Positions 26,673 through 33,549 of a DNA stretch of 33,549 nt are shown here, piece after piece. The DNA comes from an uncultured delta proteobacterium (GTDB lineage Bacteria; Desulfobacterota; Syntrophorhabdia; Syntrophorhabdales; Syntrophorhabdaceae): NCBI GenBank assembly GCA_903872255.1, contig CAIQJW010000218.1, positions 1-33,549 on the forward strand, written 5' to 3'. Numbering within the stretch: position 1 is the stretch's first letter; every line of letters starts with the position of its first letter. The notes under the pieces are model-generated. The model was not told the origin of the DNA, did no database searches, and saw nothing but the letters and a program-made list of their open reading frames with translations. Both the position numbers and the translations under genes were made by a program.

Positions 26673-28448
26673 CTACCCCGATCTTCCTCCCGGCGAGATG
26701 TAGTAAACGGTATCCCCCGGGTGCATCATTGTGTGGTCCCGTCCGAACCTGATATTGCCTTGTGTGTCCCTGACCATAAGCACCCTGTCCCCTAATTCCT
26801 TCAAAGCGGGCCCAAAGGCCTCCCCGGCGCCCACCCTGGAACTCGACACAAAGATCTTTCCCGCGGCACTGTCAAAGGCGTTTATGACATCGCTCATCAA
26901 TGCCGCCGATGCGAAAGCAGCCGATGCGATGTAGGAGGAACTGACGGCGTCGTCTATGCTGAAATTCTTCCGTATCATGCGGGCGAAATCTTCGTCGAAG
27001 ATCCTCAGGACCGTCCTGATACCGCCGTTCGTCGCCGCCGCGTTCAGCCCGGCCTCCAGGTTCATGAGGTCATTGTCGGTAGAGCACACTATCGCTTTTG
27101 CATGCCCGGCGCCGGCGTGAGCAAGGGAATCCTCCAGAGTTGCGTCTGAAACGATGAACGGGACCCCCATATCCCTCAGTCTCTGGATAAACCTGTTCTG
27201 CGGGTTCTTTTCGACGACCACCACATCCTCGCCGAGTTCGACGAGATTTTCGAGTATCCTTGCCCCGACATCCCCGAGGCCGCAGACAATCACGTGGTCC
27301 CGGATGTGCATTTTCCGCCTGCCCATGAGTATCTCGAGCCTTTTCTTGATCATGCTGTCCGTGATGAAAGCGAACAGTATGGCCATAAGCATGGCCCCGG
27401 AAAGCATGAGGACTATTCCGACGACCTTGGAAATTGTCGATGACTCGCGCAGGCTGATATCGCCGAAGCCGACCGTCGTGAGGACGGTCACGACAAAGTA
27501 GACGGCATTTATGAAGCTCAACTTCTCCGAGGCGGCGAAGAAGAAGATGCTGAAAAGGAGTATCCCGAGAAGGGTGACGAGGGTAAAGAAGAGCACCTTG
27601 TCCGACAGGAGAAGGCCCGGTCTGAACCTCCGCCCCTTCCTGGCCCCGCTTCTTCTTTCGCCGGGCCTCAAAGGGGCTATTATGCCGCTCAGCTTCTTTG
27701 CCCCGGCGAAGGATGAGAAGCACAAGACCCGCGCATCGTGCCCTATTACCTCATCTGTGCCCGGGCAAGCGGTCCCGTCGATCGCGACTATCCTGATATT
27801 GCGTTCGGCTTCAGTTTCACCGGCACTTTTTTCCGTTCCCCCCGTTAAAACATCGCCCTTCACCTCGTAAAACGTATATGTCGCGTTATCCACCCTGAAC
27901 GACAGGATAGAATCCCGGACCAATGCGGAAACAGCAAAGCTTGGCGTCGCGACCTGCGATACACTGATAGCGCGCACACCGGGTATCCTCTTTTCAAGCT
28001 CCCCGGCAAACTTCATGTTGAAGACCCGTACGACGATCCTCATGCCGGGATTGAGCTCGTTGACCCTCATTGCGGCGTGTATATTGAACTGGTCGTCCTC
28101 GGAGGGAAATATTATCGAACCCGCGGAACGAAGGTCCAGTTCATTCAACGTGTCCAGGCTGTTCGTGTCGGCTGTAACGACTAGAACCCCCGACGACCTC
28201 GTTTGCTCAAGAAGCCGCGAATGTTCCCGGGCCACAATGGTGACAGGCACCCCCGTTTCGACGAGGAATTCCATTATCCTGAACCCGGCATTCGAAAGGC
28301 CGTATATGATGACGCCCTTCTCCCGCCCCTCCCTAGCACGGGATACCGTTCTGTCGTCAACCGCATTTTGTTCCAGTATAAAGCCCCCTGTCTCGCACGT
28401 GTCGGTCATTGATTCAAAATCGATGTACCGGTGAGCCAATTGTACCAC
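26673..28448 (-). CDS. 2TM potassium channel flanked by N- and C-terminal RCK (TrkA-N/TrkA-C) modules
   Basis: Selectivity filter TVGFGD between two TM helices. Rossmann motifs VIIYGLSNAGFRI (N-terminal) and VIVCGLGDVGARI (C-terminal). Start uncertain: GTG 28448 or ATG 28409, neither with a clear RBS. Confidence 0.8.
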   Translation of the reverse strand: MVQLAHRYIDFESMTDTCETGGFILEQNAVDDRTVSRAREGREKGVIIYGLSNAGFRIMEFLVETGVPVTIVAREHSRLLEQTRSSGVLVVTADTNSLDTLNELDLRSAGSIIFPSEDDQFNIHAAMRVNELNPGMRIVVRVFNMKFAGELEKRIPGVRAISVSQVATPSFAVSALVRDSILSFRVDNATYTFYEVKGDVLTGGTEKSAGETEAERNIRIVAIDGTACPGTDEVIGHDARVLCFSSFAGAKKLSGIIAPLRPGERRSGARKGRRFRPGLLLSDKVLFFTLVTLLGILLFSIFFFAASEKLSFINAVYFVVTVLTTVGFGDISLRESSTISKVVGIVLMLSGAMLMAILFAFITDSMIKKRLEILMGRRKMHIRDHVIVCGLGDVGARILENLVELGEDVVVVEKNPQNRFIQRLRDMGVPFIVSDATLEDSLAHAGAGHAKAIVCSTDNDLMNLEAGLNAAATNGGIRTVLRIFDEDFARMIRKNFSIDDAVSSSYIASAAFASAALMSDVINAFDSAAGKIFVSSSRVGAGEAFGPALKELGDRVLMVRDTQGNIRFGRDHTMMHPGDTVYYISPGGRSG

Positions 28449-28627
28449 GCCGCTTTTATTTCTTGAACGAATAATTTCAGAGACCCCCGGCGCCTGAGGC
28501 TACGCCGGGTAAGAACCCTTTGATTGAGAAACTAACTTTAGAGATGGTACAATAGACGGGGGCAGGTCACCCTGCGAGAGGATGGACATCATTGTTGTCT
28601 CAACCTCTCGCTTGTGTCGCTGGGCAA

Positions 28628-29323
28628 CTACTTTGCGGGTGTTGCAGGAACTGCTTCTACAGGCTTTGCATCTTTTGCATCTTTTTTGTGATGTTTCTTT
28701 CCGTGGCGCTGTGGTTTTCCTACAAATTTTGCGACCATTTTGCCATCAGTCTCTTCGTAGCCAACCATGACCTTGTCGCCTGTCTTTAAATCTTCCAACT
28801 TGAGATCTTTGCCAAACTTGGCATTAGCAACGTCAAAGGTCATCTCGCCTTTTTTGCCCTTCACCGCTACCACTATGGTCTTTGCCGCTGCGTCAGCGCT
28901 GACTACCTTGCCTTTTGCCGTTAGCCCGGCCATATCGTGTTTATTGTGTTTTCCTACAAATTTTGCAACCATTTTGCCGTTAACCTCTTTGTAGCCGACC
29001 ACGACCTTGTCGCCTGTCTTTAAATCTTCCATCTTTAAGCCTTTGGCAAACTTGGCATTCGCTATGTCAAAGGTCATCTCGCCTTTTTTGCCCTTCACGA
29101 CCATGGTCTTTGCCGCTGCATCCACGCTGACTACTTCACCTCTTGCCCTCGTCCCATCTTTCTTTTGGGCCGGGGCTTTTACATCTGCCGCAGGGGCCGT
29201 GGCTGCCTCTTTCGTAACCGTCTTCTTGTCGGGCGCTGTTTTTGCTGCCTCCTGGGCAAATACTGTTGCCGCAAAAACAATACTAACGACAAATACCAAC
29301 ATTAATAATAATCCTTTCTTCAT
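28628..29323 (-). CDS. Secreted protein built from two tandem ~78-aa modules with His/Lys-rich ends (hypothetical)
   Basis: Signal peptide MKKGLLLMLVFVVSIVFAATVFAQE. The module G(E/K)VVS(V/A)DAAAKT..VKGKKGEMTFD(I/V)ANAKF...LKTGDKV.VGY.E..GKMVAKFVGK occurs twice. GGAGGT RBS. Confidence 0.7.
   Translation of the reverse strand: MKKGLLLMLVFVVSIVFAATVFAQEAAKTAPDKKTVTKEAATAPAADVKAPAQKKDGTRARGEVVSVDAAAKTMVVKGKKGEMTFDIANAKFAKGLKMEDLKTGDKVVVGYKEVNGKMVAKFVGKHNKHDMAGLTAKGKVVSADAAAKTIVVAVKGKKGEMTFDVANAKFGKDLKLEDLKTGDKVMVGYEETDGKMVAKFVGKPQRHGKKHHKKDAKDAKPVEAVPATPAK
28715..29134 (-). repeat. Intragenic tandem duplication (period about 234 bp) in the secreted-protein gene
   Basis: About 28715-28907 and 28949-29134 align almost base for base (TTTTCCTACAAATTTTGC.ACCATTTTGCC...GACCTTGTCGCCTGTCTTTAAATCTTCCA...GTCAAAGGTCATCTCGCCTTTTTTGCCCTTCAC...). 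Confidence 0.85.
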
Positions 29324-29354
29324 AGCTTTTTACCTCCGTTTTATATTTTATGGA

Positions 29355-29383
29355 CTTATAAAAAATGTAGCGTAATATGTCAA
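29355..29383 (-). promoter_or_regulatory. Sigma70-type promoter of the secreted repeat-protein gene
   Basis: On the minus strand: TTGACA (29383-29378), a 17-nt spacer and TATAAG (29360-29355), about 30 nt upstream of the ATG at 29323. Confidence 0.65.
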
Positions 29384-29415
29384 CAGGAAAACATAGATCA
29401 TAACGTACTCCAACG

Positions 29416-32400
29416 TCATGAGGGATTGCCTACCAATATAAATGCCCCCCAATAGAACGGATTTGGCCTCTTTTTCATCAGTTCCAACTTCGCCTGCCTC
29501 AGCGCCTCTGCCTTTGATTTTCCATCAGCCATGAGAGTGTAAAAGTTTGTCATAAGTTGCATTGTCTCCGCACTGGGCACACTCCAGAGACTTAGCACGA
29601 CCGCCTTAGCTCCGGAAAGAATAAATGCCCTCTTCAAACCAAAAACACCCTCCCCGCTTCGCACATCACCGACCCCGGTTTCGCAGGCTGACAGTACAAC
29701 AAGATCAGTTCCCATGAGTCGAAGTCCCATAACCTTTTCAGCACTCATTATGCCTTCGTCTTTTCCTTCTTTAAGGGACAGGTTGATTCCTGCAAGAGCG
29801 AGTCCTGACCGTAGCATGGGGCTGTCTTTTAGCAGCGTTTGATTGGACTCCGTTGCATTCTTGCCATGTTTACTTTCATCTTTTTCGATGAAAAAGCCAT
29901 GAGTTGCCAGGTGGACTATGCTCGGAGATTCGGCGGAAAACAGGACCGCGTCCACGGCTTTGTCATTCTGATAGTTTTTCACGGAAATCTGCATTTTCTG
30001 AGTTAATATCTTCTCGATGGTATTTGCCTCATCTTTTGTATCGGGAAGCCTTAAAAATGATGCCGGTTCGTTCACTTTTGCAGCAGATGTCGCTGTCACC
30101 GGTTTTGCCTGCCTGCTCAACCCGAAATCATAATCCGGATCAGCAAGAATCAGGGCTATCGCGCTGCGCTCCGGGCGAACCTCCTTACCCTCAAGCCTCA
30201 CAATGTCCCTGCCGGCAGAGATGTAGCTGATCTGGTACTTCTCTAAGGGGTATTCCCCTTTTGCATCAAGGAGCACTTCAAAAGGTATCAGATTGAGGAT
30301 GCCATCAGGGCTGATATACAGATGCTGTTTGTTGGTGACGTAACTATCGATAGGCCCCATCAGAAGTTTGTAAAGTTCCGCGCCCTCCTTATCGAGAGTT
30401 TGTTTATTGGGTACATACCCATCTCTTGAGGAATTCATCGCTTTTAGATAGGCACGAACATGTTGATCTATCTTCTCACACGAACCAAGACTGATCATTG
30501 AAAGGGGTATTTTTTCTCCCGGTCTGAGGATAAAAACGAGGTATTGTTCTCCGGCCCAGGCCTTTTTCTTATAATCAAAAATATCGATCCTGGCAAAATC
30601 CAGGTAAACCGAGTTCTTTGGGAGTACCTCGGCGATCCTCGCCGTGTCTGCCTTTCCGGCCTTCTTCTCAATGTCAAAATCCTTGCTCATGGCCGAAAGA
30701 GCTGTTTCAAGGTTCTCCTTCAACTTTTCCCGTGCCGCCAACGTATTTTTAACATCCTCAAATGTTGCATCCGTCCACCTTGTAGTCTGGAGCTTCGCTA
30801 TTTCCCTTCTCGTCTTGATCAATTTTTCAAAGAGCTCCTTAATCTTGACATTCCCGGAGGCAACGACAGCCTCCAGATGCCTGCCCTGGGCCTCCATGAC
30901 AGCCCCCTTCCACTGGAGCCATGCATTCATGGTCCCGGTTACAGCCGCCTCATTTGAAGCAAGATACGACGCGGAATGACTCAGGAACTCATACATGGAG
31001 AGCTCGGTTGTCTTCATGTAGTTCAATTTTTCCCTTTCTGACAAGAGGAGAAATACATTGTCCCTTTTTATACCTTCGATCCGCACACTTTGTTCAAAGA
31101 AACGGTGGCTTTCTATGTGGTTTCCCTGCAAGGCGTAGAGAAGGGCAAGTTCCTTTGCTGACAACCCCACTTTAGGATGCTTATCCCCGAGTGCATTGAG
31201 ACGGATTGTGTATGCCTTGAGCAGGAAATGCCCCGATGTATCATATCTGCCAATAATACGGTACAAGACCCCCAGCTTTTGCATGCTGTCCGCTGTAAAA
31301 ACATGGTCTTTACCATACACTTTTTCCCGTATTTCGAGAGCTGTCTTATAGCGTTGTTCTGCTTCCTGGAACTTCCCTGAAGTTACGTAAAGACCTGCCA
31401 GAGCGTCAAGGCTTTCCGCAATATCAGGATGGTATTTCCCGAAAGCCTTTTCGAGGATTTCGAGCGCCCTTTTATAGCAAGACTCCGCCTCTTTCACTGC
31501 CCCTCGCGCCAAATACAAAGTTCCAAGTAAGTTGAGACTTCCCGCAACCGAAAGATGGTCCCTGCCCAAAGCCTTTTCCTGAATTTCAATCGCTTTCTTG
31601 AATTCCTGTTCTGCTTCAACTGACCTGCCGCTGTTCCGATACAATTCAGCCAGATCGATCCGGCTTTCAGCGACAATGGCGTGCCCTTTGCCAAGAACTG
31701 TCTCACGTATTCCCAGAGCCTGCTTGCATAGGGGTTCTGCTTCAGCATATAGCCCTTTTGCAATATAGATTTCTGCCAGCACTTCCATGCTTCTTGCCGT
31801 GTCGACGTGCCCATGTCCTAATTTGTCCTGATTGGTCTTGAGCGCTGCAGTTGCAAGCCTTTCCGCGTCTTCATACCTGCCCATGTTCACATACAGGCCA
31901 GCAAGAGAGGTCATAACCCGGGTAGTGCTCGGATGGTCGCGGCCCCTTGTCTTCTCCCTGATTTCCAGCGCTTTCTGATATAGCGTTTCCGCCTCACGGT
32001 ATCTCCCCATTGTCTCATATAACTCTGCAACCGAACTGATACTCCCTGCATAACGGGGGTGATCGGTCCCCAACACCTTCTCCCTCATCTTCATGGATCT
32101 GGACAAAAGCTGCTCTGCTTCGCTGAATTTCCCCAGGGTCATATATACTCGGGCAAGACTATTCAAGCTTGCTGCCGTATCCTGGTGTTCGGGAATCAAC
32201 ACCTTTTGTCGTATTTCCAGGCCTTTTTTCAGGTACGTTTCAGCTTCGCCATATTTACCCATAGCAAGGCAGAGCATCCCGATAGATGTGAGGCTTTGCG
32301 CCACGAGAGGATGCTGGTCTCCAAATACGGCCTGCCGGATCTTCAGGGAATCTTTAAACAAAGATTCAGCTTCAGCGTTCCTTCCCGTAGACCGGTATAT

Positions 32401-33549
32401 ATTGCCCAGTAGTTGCATGCTCGTAGCCACGTCAGGATGGTTTTTCCCAAGTCTCGCTTCCCGTATGCCAAGGGCCTGCTTACAGAGCTGTTCCGCCTTT
32501 ACATATTCTCCGAGAGAGTATTCTATGTCGGCGAGATTCTGGATATCTTCAGCGATCCGGGGATGTCCCCGATCATAGTTTTTCTCTGAAATCTCCAGCG
32601 CTGCCGTGGCCATCCGCTGAGCCTCGGGGTACTTCGCCATAGTTTTGTACAGAGACGCAAGAGATCCAAGCGATTGTCCCACCTGAGAGTGATCTTTTTC
32701 CAGTTGCTTGCGTCTAATCTCAAGAACTCTTGTGTATTGTTTCTCCGCCTCGGCATAATTTCCCATAAGTTCGTTAAATTCCGCCAAAGCATATAAGCTT
32801 CGGGCGTAACGCAGACTATCCGTGCCTCCCGTTGCCTCTCTGGCTTTCAATGAACGTTTGAGCAGTGGTTCCGCCTCTGCGTATCTTCCTGAAACAGCAT
32901 ATAAGCGGGCAAGCATGCCTATTGTTGTTGTAATTTCTGGATAATCGGCGGCAAGCTGTTTCTCCCTGATATCAAGAGATCTCTTGTATGCGGCCTCAGC
33001 CTCCAAATACTTACCCTGAGAGAAAAGTGCCGATCCCAGAGAATTCAGGCTTTGTGCAACATCCAGATGCTCTTTACCTAAGGATTTCTCCCGTATTCCA
33101 AGAGCCCTTGTGTATTGTTTCTCTGCCTCGTTGGCTTTGCCTTTCGCTGAAGCTACACGTCCCAAAACCATCAGTGTTTCGGCGGTCTCCGGGTGATCGA
33201 CACCTAATTTCTTTTCCCTGATTGTAAGAACTTTCTTGGCCAATATTTCGGCTTTGTCATATTGACCTTTCGCTATTGCTATCTCGGCCCTTGTCTGCAT
33301 ACTCTTAGCTACCGCAGGATGCTCCGGTTCACCTCTTTTTTTCATGATCGCGTCCACGCGGTCGCAGAAAAGCTCGGACTCGTCGTATTTACCCATGCTC
33401 TTGTAGATATCGGCTACAGAATGAAGGGACATCACAAGACGAGGATGGTCTTTCCCCAGACGCTTCTCATTCATCTCAAGTGCCTTAAGATACAGAGGTT
33501 CAGCCTCACGGTATTTGCCCGTTGCCTCAAATATCTTTGCCATGGCAAA
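29416..33549 (-). CDS. Giant TPR-CHAT protein (kinesin-light-chain-type TPR array plus a C-terminal caspase-like CHAT protease domain); 5' end outside the window
   Basis: At least 19 consecutive 42-aa units (HP..A.SL..LA.LY...G.Y.EAE.L..+AL.IREK.LG.D). The C-terminal CHAT domain has IVHLATHGFF (His codon 29899-29901) and LVVLSACETG (Cys codon 29683-29685). The frame stays open through 33549 and the flanking residues continue the repeat register. Confidence 0.85.
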   Translation of the reverse strand, partial: FAMAKIFEATGKYREAEPLYLKALEMNEKRLGKDHPRLVMSLHSVADIYKSMGKYDESELFCDRVDAIMKKRGEPEHPAVAKSMQTRAEIAIAKGQYDKAEILAKKVLTIREKKLGVDHPETAETLMVLGRVASAKGKANEAEKQYTRALGIREKSLGKEHLDVAQSLNSLGSALFSQGKYLEAEAAYKRSLDIREKQLAADYPEITTTIGMLARLYAVSGRYAEAEPLLKRSLKAREATGGTDSLRYARSLYALAEFNELMGNYAEAEKQYTRVLEIRRKQLEKDHSQVGQSLGSLASLYKTMAKYPEAQRMATAALEISEKNYDRGHPRIAEDIQNLADIEYSLGEYVKAEQLCKQALGIREARLGKNHPDVATSMQLLGNIYRSTGRNAEAESLFKDSLKIRQAVFGDQHPLVAQSLTSIGMLCLAMGKYGEAETYLKKGLEIRQKVLIPEHQDTAASLNSLARVYMTLGKFSEAEQLLSRSMKMREKVLGTDHPRYAGSISSVAELYETMGRYREAETLYQKALEIREKTRGRDHPSTTRVMTSLAGLYVNMGRYEDAERLATAALKTNQDKLGHGHVDTARSMEVLAEIYIAKGLYAEAEPLCKQALGIRETVLGKGHAIVAESRIDLAELYRNSGRSVEAEQEFKKAIEIQEKALGRDHLSVAGSLNLLGTLYLARGAVKEAESCYKRALEILEKAFGKYHPDIAESLDALAGLYVTSGKFQEAEQRYKTALEIREKVYGKDHVFTADSMQKLGVLYRIIGRYDTSGHFLLKAYTIRLNALGDKHPKVGLSAKELALLYALQGNHIESHRFFEQSVRIEGIKRDNVFLLLSEREKLNYMKTTELSMYEFLSHSASYLASNEAAVTGTMNAWLQWKGAVMEAQGRHLEAVVASGNVKIKELFEKLIKTRREIAKLQTTRWTDATFEDVKNTLAAREKLKENLETALSAMSKDFDIEKKAGKADTARIAEVLPKNSVYLDFARIDIFDYKKKAWAGEQYLVFILRPGEKIPLSMISLGSCEKIDQHVRAYLKAMNSSRDGYVPNKQTLDKEGAELYKLLMGPIDSYVTNKQHLYISPDGILNLIPFEVLLDAKGEYPLEKYQISYISAGRDIVRLEGKEVRPERSAIALILADPDYDFGLSRQAKPVTATSAAKVNEPASFLRLPDTKDEANTIEKILTQKMQISVKNYQNDKAVDAVLFSAESPSIVHLATHGFFIEKDESKHGKNATESNQTLLKDSPMLRSGLALAGINLSLKEGKDEGIMSAEKVMGLRLMGTDLVVLSACETGVGDVRSGEGVFGLKRAFILSGAKAVVLSLWSVPSAETMQLMTNFYTLMADGKSKAEALRQAKLELMKKRPNPFYWGAFILVGNPS

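Noticed and set aside
27070-27723. 217-aa minus-strand ORF rich in Arg/Gly/Pro
   Set aside because: It is an alternate frame inside the K+ channel gene, whose own frame carries the TVGFGD filter and the RCK motifs.
28574-28611. Imperfect hairpin GCGAGAGG...CCTCTCGC downstream of the secreted-protein gene (and GC hairpin 28486-28509) considered as terminators
   Set aside because: Neither is followed by a T-run on the transcribed (minus) strand, so the structures may be incidental. Whether transcription stops before the channel operon cannot be decided from sequence.

Overview
33.5 kb chromosomal window, probably from an anaerobic Gram-negative genome. A Desulfobacterota/Syntrophia-like origin is only a guess from gene content and repeat types. 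Positions 1-20.3 kb hold mostly housekeeping, envelope and signalling genes. These include a partial HD-GYP protein, an AI-2E transporter, a YtxH/DUF948 pair, a flavoprotein, TtcA, a zinc-ribbon/DUF4234-DUF2752 pair, a Gly-zipper protein, a large MscS/MscK-type channel and an M48 protease. A complete minus-strand phosphate block follows (phoB-phoR, then pstS-pstC-pstA-pstB-phoU-arsC-like), with matching Pho-box-like direct repeats upstream of both phoB and pstS. Next come a decayed CusR-like response regulator beside an intact heavy-metal sensor kinase, and a zinc-ribbon ORF joined in frame across a TGA to a Hanks-type kinase domain. A tRNA-Leu(UAG) with a clear sigma70 promoter sits at 20.58 kb. 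Downstream of it the content looks accessory. It holds a triple-PAS HisKA_2 kinase with a CheY-like receiver and a 0.65 kb apparently non-coding gap. Then comes a minus-strand run: a TPR-CHAT giant protein (truncated by the window edge), a secreted internally duplicated protein with its own promoter, and a tightly packed four-gene operon. That operon encodes a dual-RCK K+ channel, a TIGR04222-like membrane protein with a Cys/Gly C-terminal tail, a radical SAM/SPASM enzyme and a nucleotidyltransferase. It is the best candidate for an undescribed system. No CRISPR array, rRNA, transposase or integrase was seen. All calls rest on motifs read from the ORF translations and the DNA; no database search was run.
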